Assembly: GCA_026461395.1 (NCBI GenBank)
Contig: JAPJNA010000049.1
Location: forward strand, 69,538 to 133,537
DNA: 64,000 bases
Origin: Chthoniobacterales bacterium
GTDB taxonomy: Bacteria > Verrucomicrobiota > Verrucomicrobiia > Chthoniobacterales > UBA6821
Direction of reading: 5' to 3'
Below are positions 39,179 through 47,516 of the stretch, one piece after another. The notes beneath the pieces were generated by a model, which did no database searches, had not been told where the DNA came from, and worked only from the letters and a program-made list of their open reading frames with translations. The translations under genes were made by a program, and so were the position numbers. The first letter of the stretch is position 1. Every line of letters begins with the position of its first letter.

Positions 39179-41089
39179 TTGCCACCTGTGAGCTACCGCG
39201 TCTTTGCACGAAAATACCGACCGCAGAAATTCGAGGAGGTCGTCGGGCAGGAACACATCACCCGGACTCTCCAGAATGCCATCACAGGGAATCGACTCGC
39301 CCAGGCTTACCTCTTTGTCGGGCCTCGCGGTGTTGGCAAGACTTCCTCAGCACGCATTCTTGCGAAAGCACTGAACTGTCAGGCCAATAAAAACGGTCCC
39401 ACCGACAATCCCTGTGGCGTCTGCGATGCCTGCGTCGAGATCGCCGAAGGACGTAGTCTCGATGTCATGGAGATCGATGGCGCCAGCAATAACAGCGTCG
39501 AGAGCATCCGAACCCTGCGCGAGAATGCCGCTTATGCGCCTGCACGGGGTCCTTATAAGGTCTACCTGATCGACGAGGTGCATATGCTCACGACGGCGGC
39601 TTTCAATGCGCTTCTCAAGACGCTTGAGGAGCCGCCCGATCATGTGAAGTTCCTCTTCGCAACGACCGAGGCACAGAAGGTTCCCGCCACAATCCTAAGC
39701 CGCTGCCAGCGCTTCGATCTACGCAGGCTGACCCCGGAACAGATTTCTGGCCATCTTCTCTTCATCGCGAAAAATGAGAATATCGCACTCGAAATTGCCG
39801 CCGCCGAAGCCCTTGCGAAGGGAGCGGACGGGGCGATGCGCGACGCCGAGTCGATGCTCGATCAGGTGGTTGCCTTCTGCGGGAATACGATTGTCGCGGC
39901 AGATGTGCATAGCGTTTTCGGATTCACCCCCCGCGAGACTGTTCTCGAACTCGGGCATGGACTCGTGAACCGCGATACCCCGGCGGCTCTTGCCGTCGTG
40001 AAAGCGCAGGCAGAGGCTGGCAAGGATCTCTCGAGACTGCTTGGCGATCTCGTGGGTCTCCTTCGCGACGTGCTTATCTCCAAGGTTCATCCACCTGAGA
40101 GTGCAACGGACGAGTCCCAGCTGGGAGAGGCGATCGCTCAGGAAAAGCTGCTTGTCCTTCTCGATCACTTCGGTGAAACAGAGGGCCGTCTGCGCTGGGC
40201 CTCGGACAAAAAGCTCCAGTTGGACGTTGCCCTGATCAAGGCAGTACATCTGCTCGAAGAGACGAGCCTCTCGGATGTTTTGGATGTCCTGACTGCTCTG
40301 CGCGCAGGAACACCCCTACCTGAGCGCCAGACTCCCAAGCTATCGTCCTCGTCACGACCGACTCCAGCAGTAAGGCCCGCTATTCCAGTTCCTCTCTCTT
40401 CTCCGGAACCGACCCTGGCTCCTGCTTTTACTCCCGCTGCAAAAGTTGAGCCATCCAAGCCTGCTTTTGTAGTTCCAGCTGCAGCGGTGCCTGAACCCGC
40501 AACATCAGTAGCGCCAACCGCTTCAACCTCACTGCCGGCTGAAGCGTCATCAGCATCCCCGGAACCCGATGACCTCTCGACGCCGTCAACGGACTCAGAC
40601 CCATGGCATACAGTTTCCATGAAACTTGCTGCGGATTCGCCACTCAAGTTCGGCTGGGTGGAGGATGGGCATTTCGCTGGACGCTCCGGCAGTACGGTGA
40701 CCGTGGAGTTTCCCCCCTCGTTGGAATCCCACACACAAACACTCTTCTGGCCTCAGGCAGTCAAGAAGATCGAAGAGCAACTCTCCACGCTGCTCGGAGA
40801 GAAGATTTCCTTCGCGCCCCGCTTTACGGGCGCAGAGCCAGCTGCCCTTCCAGAGCCAGAACCGATAGCGCCTCCGGTTGCCAGAACTCCTTCCCACGCT
40901 TCCTCCTCTACTTCTTCCACTGGTTCCATGCCATCGAAGGGAGCAGCCACTCAACCTGAAACCTCAAAAGCCGAGGAACCTTCTCCTGGTCTCACGCCAG
41001 AGGAAATGGAATCTTTCAAGGCCGATCCGCTCATTAAAAAAGCTCTCGAGATCTTCAAGGCCGAGATACTCAATACAAAAACCACCTGA
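39179..41089 (+). CDS. dnaX: DNA polymerase III subunit gamma/tau
   Basis: ARKYRPQKFEEVVGQEHI, GPRGVGKTS (Walker A), Zn module CGVCDAC, IDEVHML, SRCQRF. Long P/S/A-rich linker before the C-terminal domain. TTG start at 39179. Confidence 0.95.
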   Translation: MPPVSYRVFARKYRPQKFEEVVGQEHITRTLQNAITGNRLAQAYLFVGPRGVGKTSSARILAKALNCQANKNGPTDNPCGVCDACVEIAEGRSLDVMEIDGASNNSVESIRTLRENAAYAPARGPYKVYLIDEVHMLTTAAFNALLKTLEEPPDHVKFLFATTEAQKVPATILSRCQRFDLRRLTPEQISGHLLFIAKNENIALEIAAAEALAKGADGAMRDAESMLDQVVAFCGNTIVAADVHSVFGFTPRETVLELGHGLVNRDTPAALAVVKAQAEAGKDLSRLLGDLVGLLRDVLISKVHPPESATDESQLGEAIAQEKLLVLLDHFGETEGRLRWASDKKLQLDVALIKAVHLLEETSLSDVLDVLTALRAGTPLPERQTPKLSSSSRPTPAVRPAIPVPLSSPEPTLAPAFTPAAKVEPSKPAFVVPAAAVPEPATSVAPTASTSLPAEASSASPEPDDLSTPSTDSDPWHTVSMKLAADSPLKFGWVEDGHFAGRSGSTVTVEFPPSLESHTQTLFWPQAVKKIEEQLSTLLGEKISFAPRFTGAEPAALPEPEPIAPPVARTPSHASSSTSSTGSMPSKGAATQPETSKAEEPSPGLTPEEMESFKADPLIKKALEIFKAEILNTKTT

Positions 41090-41099
41090 CCCACATTCT

Positions 41100-41411
41100 A
41101 TGAATATTGCAAAGATGATGAGCGCAGCCGCAAACGCGCAGAAGAAAATGGCCCAGATCCAGGAAGACCTTTCTCAGCGCGAGGTCGAGGCCTCATCGGG
41201 CGGTGGCAAGGTCACCGTGAAGGCTTCTGGTTCCGGAGATATTCTCTCCATCCGCATCTCTCCCGAAGTGGTAAATGCCGAGGATGTGGAACTGCTCGAA
41301 GATCTCGTCCTGAGCGCCGTCCGTCAGGCGACCACCGACGCAAAGAAACTTGCTGCAGATGAGATGGGCAAGCTCACGGCAGGACTAGGCATCCCCGGTT
41401 TGCCGTTCTGA
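41100..41411 (+). CDS. ybaB: YbaB/EbfC-family nucleoid-associated protein
   Basis: ATG 41100 gives MNIAKMMSAAANAQKKMAQIQEDL...GGGKVTVKASGSGDILSIRISPEVV...EDLVLSAVRQA. Canonical position after dnaX. Confidence 0.9.
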   Translation: MNIAKMMSAAANAQKKMAQIQEDLSQREVEASSGGGKVTVKASGSGDILSIRISPEVVNAEDVELLEDLVLSAVRQATTDAKKLAADEMGKLTAGLGIPGLPF

Positions 41412-41417
41412 ATTTTT

Positions 41418-41562
41418 AATCTGGAACTCAGGAACTCAGGAACTGAGTAGCTGAAATTACTGAGGGGGGAGCGCAAATTGTATCTAAATGCTCCATATGC
41501 TTTTCAACCTTCATTCTCATTTCTGCTCTTGTCTTCTTTCCTGAGTTCCTGAGTTCCATATT
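41418..41562. repeat. Family A element, copy 1: 25-nt terminal inverted repeats around a 95-nt core
   Basis: AATCTGGAACTCAGGAACTCAGGAA at 41418-41442. Its reverse complement with one mismatch, TTCCTGAGTTCCTGAGTTCCATATT, is at 41538-41562. Confidence 0.9.
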
Positions 41563-41591
41563 TATTAGGTTTTCCCTCTCACCATACTCCC

Positions 41592-42677
41592 ATGTCCCAA
41601 CCCGACCTACTCTCTCCTATTCAGTTGGGCCCTCTGGCGCTGCCCAACCGCGTTTTCATGGCACCGCTTACCCGATGCCGTGCCTCGGAGGGCAATGTTC
41701 CCCATGACTTGAACGTCGAGTATTATTCCCAGCGTGCTTCGGCGGGGCTGATCATCTCGGAAGCGACCTCCGTCTCGTCACGCGGCTACGGCTATCCAAA
41801 CACTCCCGGCATCCACACTGAGGCCCAGGTGGCCGGCTGGAAAAAGATCACCAGCGGCATTCATTCTCAGGGAGGCCATATCTACCTCCAGCTCTGGCAT
41901 GTCGGACGCATTTCGCATCCCGCCTATCAGGAGGATGGAACCCAGCCAGTCGCTCCTTCAGCGGTGAAACCGAAGGGCCAGATCTTCACAGGAACCAGCA
42001 TGGAGGAGTATGTCACTCCCCGTGCTCTTGATGCCGGTGAAATCCCCGGCATCATCGAGGAATATATCCACGGGGCAAAACTCGCCAAGGAGGCGGGTTT
42101 TGATGGGGTGGAGATCCACAATGCCAATGGCTACCTACTGGACCAATTCCTGCGGGACGGGACAAACCTGCGGGGTGACAACTATGGTGGGTCAGTCCAG
42201 AACCGGGCCCGCCTCACCCTTGAGGTCACCGAGGCAGTCTGCAGCCTCTGGGGTGCGGATCGGGTCGGCATCCGATTCTCTCCCTCCGGTGTCTTCAATG
42301 ACATGAGCGATAGCAATCCCCTGGAGACTTTTGGGCATGTTCTTCAGGAGTTGAACCGCTTCGGCCTTGCCTACGCCCACATCACGCAGGTGACGGCCCA
42401 AGATATCGCCCATGGTGCCGAGGCAGGCGTCGGACCGAAAGAGTTGAAGCCTTTCTGGAAAGGCAAGATCGTTTCTGCTGGCGGCTTCACCCTTGAGTCG
42501 GGCAACAAGGCATTGGCAGAGGGCTGGGCTGACGCGATTGCGTTTGGCGTACCTTTCATTGCCAACCCTGATCTCCCAGAACGCATCCGACGGAATGCAC
42601 CGCTCAACAAACCCGATGAGGCTTCCTTCTACGGGGGCACAGAGAAGGGTTACACGGACTATCCCTTCTTAGCGTAA
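41592..42677 (+). CDS. Old-Yellow-Enzyme family NADH:flavin oxidoreductase (NemA-like alkene reductase)
   Basis: 361 aa. NRVFMAPLTRCRA, QLWHVGRISHP, GFDGVEIHNANGYLLDQFL, NLRGDNYGGS. Confidence 0.92.
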   Translation: MSQPDLLSPIQLGPLALPNRVFMAPLTRCRASEGNVPHDLNVEYYSQRASAGLIISEATSVSSRGYGYPNTPGIHTEAQVAGWKKITSGIHSQGGHIYLQLWHVGRISHPAYQEDGTQPVAPSAVKPKGQIFTGTSMEEYVTPRALDAGEIPGIIEEYIHGAKLAKEAGFDGVEIHNANGYLLDQFLRDGTNLRGDNYGGSVQNRARLTLEVTEAVCSLWGADRVGIRFSPSGVFNDMSDSNPLETFGHVLQELNRFGLAYAHITQVTAQDIAHGAEAGVGPKELKPFWKGKIVSAGGFTLESGNKALAEGWADAIAFGVPFIANPDLPERIRRNAPLNKPDEASFYGGTEKGYTDYPFLA

Positions 42678-42713
42678 GCGTTGGGGAAGTTGGGTTAGCG
42701 TCCCAACTAGCAA

Positions 42714-42731
42714 ATGATTGACTTCAATCAT
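42714..42731. promoter_or_regulatory. Perfect 8-2-8 palindrome ATGATTGA-CT-TCAATCAT upstream of the DeoR gene (candidate operator)
   Basis: Read directly from the sequence. It ends 24 nt before ATG 42755 and abuts a TATAAA hexamer (42731-42736). Confidence 0.4.
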
Positions 42732-42754
42732 ATAAAGAGGGATGGTTTCCGGCT

Positions 42755-43537
42755 ATGCGCGTTCCCCGACAAGTTGTCGAAGCCAGGCGGTCCCGCCTGA
42801 CAGAGCTCCTTCTGGAGCGGGGCTATCTGCCGATCAGCGAACTCTGCGAGGAACTCGATGTTTCGGAGGCAACAGCACGCCGCGATCTCTCCGCTCTCGA
42901 AAGCGAGGAGCGTATCACCCGCACCTATGGGGGAGCCCTTGGGGAGTTCAACGCAACCTTCACTTCCTTCCGAGAGCGCTTGCGAGAGGGAACAGAAGCC
43001 AAAGGTTTGATAGCCCGTACGGCCGTCTCACTGATCAAGCCGGGCATGAGCGTTTACCTCGACGCCGGGACCACCGCTTTTGCAATCGCACAGGAACTGC
43101 GACGCCATCTTCCCGAGAGACTCACGCTCATCACGAACAATCTCGCTCTGCTCGAAACACTCGGCTCCCTGCCGGGTGCCAAGACGATCCTGCTGGGCGG
43201 CCAATTGCTCGAGCGCCAATCCGTTCTCCTCGGTAACGAGGCTGTGAAAGCTGCCTCTGCCCAGGAAATCAATATTGCATTCCTTAGCGCGCAGGGAATG
43301 ACCGAACAAGGACTCTGGAACTCCCAGCGCGATATCATCAGCCTCCAGAAGGCCGTGATAAAACGAGCGGCTCGCTCCTGCTTCTGCCTTGATCGTTCCA
43401 AGCTAGGTCGCACGGCCCCCGAACACCTCACTTCTTGGCCAAAAGTCGCGCCGCTTGTCAGTGATCTCTCCCTCCCCGAGCTTCGCCAATCGGGCATCAC
43501 ACTCAAGCCCGGCGTCCTTCTGCACTCTCAGCCCTAG
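42755..43537 (+). CDS. DeoR/GlpR-family transcriptional regulator (FucR/RhaR-like by context)
   Basis: 260 aa. N-terminal HTH RRSRLTELLLERGYLPISELCEELDVSEATARRDL, plus a C-terminal sugar-phosphate-sensor domain (VYLDAGTTAFAIA). Confidence 0.9.
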   Translation: MRVPRQVVEARRSRLTELLLERGYLPISELCEELDVSEATARRDLSALESEERITRTYGGALGEFNATFTSFRERLREGTEAKGLIARTAVSLIKPGMSVYLDAGTTAFAIAQELRRHLPERLTLITNNLALLETLGSLPGAKTILLGGQLLERQSVLLGNEAVKAASAQEINIAFLSAQGMTEQGLWNSQRDIISLQKAVIKRAARSCFCLDRSKLGRTAPEHLTSWPKVAPLVSDLSLPELRQSGITLKPGVLLHSQP

Positions 43538-43574
43538 CATTCCAACAGTTTAAAAGTCTAAAACCCTAACCTGC

Positions 43575-45200
43575 ATGAGCACCCAAGACATCATCCTCAT
43601 CGCCAACGGCGATCTCCGCACTTCAGCCAACCAAAAATGCGAAGAGGCCCAGCAGGCCATGGAGGCACTGCTGATCAAGGCAATTGAGAAAGAGGGCCGC
43701 TCAGTCCGACGCGGCCATGGCTTTGACGCCAAGAAAGGCCACAGCTTTATCGACAGCCAAAAGTACGGCATGGAGGTCTTCCGCAATATTCCGAAAGATG
43801 CTCCGATCATCGTCGCCGAAGCTGTCTGGCAGTATAGCCACCACCTGCTCCAAGGCCTGCTCACCCACCAAGGGCCGATCCTGACCGTCGCCAACTGGAG
43901 CGGCACCTGGCCCGGGCTCGTCGGAATGCTGAATCTCAACGGCTCCCTCACCAAGGCGGACGTGAAGTACAGTACCCTCTGGAGCGATGACTTCAGTGAC
44001 GAGGCTTTCCTCAAGGGACTTCGCTCTTGGCTCACCACCGGCAGCGTCACCCACCCCACCCCGCATGTGAAGACCTACGAGCAGGCCGGCGTGCCAGCCG
44101 ATGTCGAGAAGCTGGGCACGGAGTTTGCGAAGAAGTTCCGCGACCACAAGGAGATCATGGGTGTCTTCGACGAGGGCTGCATGGGAATGTACAACGCGAT
44201 CATCCCCGACGAACTGATTCACAAGACCGGTGTCTTCAAGGAGCGCCTCAGCCAGTCGGCCCTCTATGCCAAGATGCTCACCGTCAAGGACGAGGAGGCC
44301 CGAGCCGTCTACCAGTGGCTCCTCGACCGAGGCATGAATTTCCACTTCGGTCCCAGCGAGGAAGAGGATCTCACCGAGAACCAGATCCTCCAGCAGTGCA
44401 AGATGTACATCGCGGCCGTCCGTATTGCCGAGGATTTCGGGTGCTCTACGATAGGCATCCAGTACCAGCAGGGGCTCAAGGATCTCGCCCCTGCCTCGGA
44501 CCTCGTCGAGGGGCTCCTCAACAATGTTGAGCGACCCCCTGTCTATGACGAGGAGACCGGCAAGGAACTCTTCGCCGGAGAAGCACTCCCTCACTTCAAC
44601 GAGGTGGATGAGTGCTCTGGACTCGATGGACTCATCACCTACAAGCTCTGGCGCCAGCTCGGCTTCGCCCCCGAGAATACGCTCCACGATCTCCGCTGGG
44701 GCCGTCACTACAAAGGACCAGGGGGCAAAAATCTCTCCGAGACGCTCGACGCCTATGTCTGGGTATTCCTCATCTCCGGCGCCGCACCTCCCGCCCACTT
44801 CATCAATGGCTTCAAGGGAACATCGAGCGAGCGCCAGCCCTCTATGTATTTCCGCCTTGGCGGCGGCACCGTCAAGGGCATCAGTAAGCCCGGCTGGATC
44901 GTCTGGAGTCGCATCTTCATCGAGGGTGGCGAGCTTTGTTACGACACCGGACTCGGAGAGATCGTCGAACTGCCACAGGCAGAAACCGAGGATCGGTGGA
45001 AGCTCTCTACCCCGCAGTGGCCGATCATGCACACCATTCTCCCCGGCATCAGCCGTGACGAGATGATGGCACGCCACAAGGCCAACCACATCCAGGTCGT
45101 TTATGCCCCTGACAAGGAAGGAGCCAAGAAGGGCCTCTACGCCAAGGCCGCTGCCATGAGGGAACTAGGCATGAAGGTCGCTATCTGCGGAAAAATCTAA
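43575..45200 (+). CDS. FucI/AraA-superfamily sugar isomerase (L-fucose isomerase-like, divergent)
   Basis: 541 aa. By eye it is collinear with E. coli FucI blocks: [10 protein letters not shown]~[19 protein letters not shown]~[16 protein letters not shown]~[17 protein letters not shown]~[16 protein letters not shown]~ANHGVLTIG. The alignment is from memory and was not computed. Confidence 0.65.
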   Translation: MSTQDIILIANGDLRTSANQKCEEAQQAMEALLIKAIEKEGRSVRRGHGFDAKKGHSFIDSQKYGMEVFRNIPKDAPIIVAEAVWQYSHHLLQGLLTHQGPILTVANWSGTWPGLVGMLNLNGSLTKADVKYSTLWSDDFSDEAFLKGLRSWLTTGSVTHPTPHVKTYEQAGVPADVEKLGTEFAKKFRDHKEIMGVFDEGCMGMYNAIIPDELIHKTGVFKERLSQSALYAKMLTVKDEEARAVYQWLLDRGMNFHFGPSEEEDLTENQILQQCKMYIAAVRIAEDFGCSTIGIQYQQGLKDLAPASDLVEGLLNNVERPPVYDEETGKELFAGEALPHFNEVDECSGLDGLITYKLWRQLGFAPENTLHDLRWGRHYKGPGGKNLSETLDAYVWVFLISGAAPPAHFINGFKGTSSERQPSMYFRLGGGTVKGISKPGWIVWSRIFIEGGELCYDTGLGEIVELPQAETEDRWKLSTPQWPIMHTILPGISRDEMMARHKANHIQVVYAPDKEGAKKGLYAKAAAMRELGMKVAICGKI

Positions 45201-45201
45201 A

Positions 45202-45954
45202 ATGTCCGCCGAACTCACCCAAAAACTTATCGGACTCTGCCACGACCTCGGGCTTGAGGAGCGTGGCATGGCGATCCTCGGCGAAGGGAACGCCTCCACC
45301 CGTATCGATGAGGAGACTTTTCTCGTCAAGGCAAGCGGTCACTGCCTTGGTACACTAGGCGAACCGGGCCTGACCCTCTGCCGATTCGGAACCCTGCTCC
45401 CTCTGCTTGAGGGAACATGGGCTGATGAGGATGTGGAGCGCTTACTCCTAGAAAGCCGCGTTGATGAGAGTGCCGCGAAGCCCTCCGTGGAGGGGCTCTT
45501 CCACGCCTACCTGCTCTCGCTTCCTAGCGTTTCCTTCGTGGGTCATGTCCATGCCATCGCGGTGAACCAGATCCTCTGCTCTCCCCGTGCTGAGGAGTAC
45601 GCGACCAAGCGCACCTTCCCCGACGAGATCGTCTGCTGCGGTACCGAGTCGGTGCTTGTTCCCTACACCGATCCCGGTGTCCATCTCGCACGCGCAATCG
45701 CTGCGGGAGTCAAGGAGTACATGGAGCGTCACGGAGAGACCCCCCGCATCATCCTGCTTCAAAACCACGGCATCATCGGTCTCGGCGGCAGCCCCGCCGG
45801 CGTCATGGCCTCACTCATGATGGCAGAGAAAGCCGCGAAGATCTTTGTGGGCGCCGCAGCTCTTGGCGGCCCCGTCTTTCTCACTCCGGAGAATGTGGCC
45901 CGCATCTCGGGTCGCTCCGATGAACACTACCGCCGTAAAGTCTTGAAGCTCTGA
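45202..45954 (+). CDS. Class II aldolase/adducin-family protein (FucA/RhaD/AraD-like)
   Basis: 250 aa. GEGNASTRI, FLVKASG, FVGHVHAIAVN (metal-binding His cluster). Starts 2 nt after the isomerase stop. Confidence 0.8.
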   Translation: MSAELTQKLIGLCHDLGLEERGMAILGEGNASTRIDEETFLVKASGHCLGTLGEPGLTLCRFGTLLPLLEGTWADEDVERLLLESRVDESAAKPSVEGLFHAYLLSLPSVSFVGHVHAIAVNQILCSPRAEEYATKRTFPDEIVCCGTESVLVPYTDPGVHLARAIAAGVKEYMERHGETPRIILLQNHGIIGLGGSPAGVMASLMMAEKAAKIFVGAAALGGPVFLTPENVARISGRSDEHYRRKVLKL

Positions 45955-45986
45955 TCTCACAAGTTTACCAACCCTAACCACAATCC

Positions 45987-46012
45987 AACCCCACAACCCA
46001 ACCCCACAACCC
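45987..46012 (+). repeat. Perfect 13-nt tandem duplication AACCCCACAACCC x2 in the fucosidase leader
   Basis: Copies at 45987-45999 and 46000-46012. ATG at 46019. The surrounding leader is C/A-only. Confidence 0.9.
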
Positions 46013-46018
46013 AGCCAT

Positions 46019-47497
46019 ATGAAACCTTGTACAAAAACCCTCCTGATTGCATCTCTCCTGCTGCCGATGAGCATCGTGACGACCCGTGCGGATACCAACA
46101 AAGCCACCGCACCTAAACCTGCCGAGCACGCCGTTACTTCAACTCCCACACCTAAGCCGACCCCGACGCCCGATCCCGAGCATCCTGTCTCCTCGGTCCC
46201 GGGCGAGACCAAGGCCCAACGTGATGCCCGCATGGGCTGGTGGCGCGATGCCAAGTTTGGCATGTTCATCCATTGGGGTGTTTATTCCGTCCCTGCCGGC
46301 TTCTACAACGACAAACCCGTAAGTGGCCTCGGCGAATGGATCATGCACCATGGGAAAATCCCGATGACTGAGTATCAGAAATTTGCAGAGCAGTTCACAG
46401 CCGACAAATTCGATGCCGCCCAGTTCGTGGCCACGGCCAAAAGCGCCGGCATGAAATATATCGTGATCACTTCCAAACATCACGACGGCTTCGCCATGTT
46501 CGACACCAAGGTGAATGGATGGAACATCGTGCAGGCGACTCCGTTCAAGCGTGATCCGCTCAAGGAATTGGCCGAGGAATGCCGCAAGCAGGGAATAAAA
46601 CTCGGGTTCTATTATTCTCAGGCCCAGGACTGGAACAACGGCGGCTCAGCCGCCGGCGGGAAATGGGATAAGGTCCAGGAACACGACATGGACGACTACA
46701 TCGACAAGACGGCCATTCCACAGATCAAGGAAATCCTTACCAACTACGGCCCAGATACTCCCGCGGTTGTCTGGTGGGATACACCAGTTGACATCACCAA
46801 GGAGCGCGCCGCGAGGATCAATGCCGTCATTCAGAAACTCCGCCCGGGCTTGATCCAGAACAACCGTCTTGGCGGAGGCGTTAGGGGTGACACGGAGACC
46901 CCCGAACAGAACATCCCGGCCCAAGGCTATCCTGGCCGCGACTGGGAGACCTGCATGACCATTAACAACACCTGGGGATTCAAGAAGAATGACCAGAAAT
47001 GGAAGTCGACCGAGACCGTGATCCACAACCTATGCGACATCGCTAGCAAGGGGGGCAATTACCTTCTCAATGTCGGTCCAGATTCGCATGGGGAGATCCC
47101 TACCGAGAGTGTGAAGATGCTCGCCGAGGTCGGAGCCTGGATGAAGCTGAACGGTGAGGCGATTTACGGAACCTCCGCCACACCCTTCGACATGCTGATG
47201 GGCAGCTATGGCCCCACCAAGATGGACAAGAAGGGAAAGCCGGTTACTCCCTTTATCCCGGATTGGAAATGGCGCGCTACCAGCAAGCCGGGGCATGTCT
47301 ACCTCATGGTCTTCGCATGGCCCGATAAAGGCAGTTATACCATCCCGGTTCTCAAGCAAAAGATCACCGGCGCAACGCTGCTTGCTGATCCCACCGCCAA
47401 ACTCACCGTGACTCAGGATGACAAAGGAACGACCATCAGTGGACTTCCGCCCAAGGCTCCAGATGCCATCGCATCGGTGATCGATTTGAAATATTGA
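46019..47497 (+). CDS. Secreted alpha-L-fucosidase (GH29)
   Basis: Signal peptide MKPCTKTLLIASLLLPMSIVTTRA. WWRDAKFGMFIHWGVYSVPA, YIVITSKHHDGFAMFDT, and GNYLLNVGPDSHGEIP are GH29 hallmarks. Confidence 0.92.
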   Translation: MKPCTKTLLIASLLLPMSIVTTRADTNKATAPKPAEHAVTSTPTPKPTPTPDPEHPVSSVPGETKAQRDARMGWWRDAKFGMFIHWGVYSVPAGFYNDKPVSGLGEWIMHHGKIPMTEYQKFAEQFTADKFDAAQFVATAKSAGMKYIVITSKHHDGFAMFDTKVNGWNIVQATPFKRDPLKELAEECRKQGIKLGFYYSQAQDWNNGGSAAGGKWDKVQEHDMDDYIDKTAIPQIKEILTNYGPDTPAVVWWDTPVDITKERAARINAVIQKLRPGLIQNNRLGGGVRGDTETPEQNIPAQGYPGRDWETCMTINNTWGFKKNDQKWKSTETVIHNLCDIASKGGNYLLNVGPDSHGEIPTESVKMLAEVGAWMKLNGEAIYGTSATPFDMLMGSYGPTKMDKKGKPVTPFIPDWKWRATSKPGHVYLMVFAWPDKGSYTIPVLKQKITGATLLADPTAKLTVTQDDKGTTISGLPPKAPDAIASVIDLKY

Positions 47498-47516
47498 AAT
47501 AAGCACTCTTGGCATT

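Noticed and set aside
40205-40213. Programmed -1 frameshift site in dnaX (GAC AAA AAG)
   Set aside because: It has only a C AAA AAG heptamer rather than the A AAA AAG slippery sequence. I could see no obvious downstream stem-loop or upstream SD-like element. The A7 run at about 41034 is too close to the C-terminus to generate a gamma-like product.
43701-45089. 462-aa ORF antisense to the FucI-like isomerase
   Set aside because: Same reasoning. It lies entirely inside a sense gene that aligns block-wise with FucI. It has no motifs and a biased composition.
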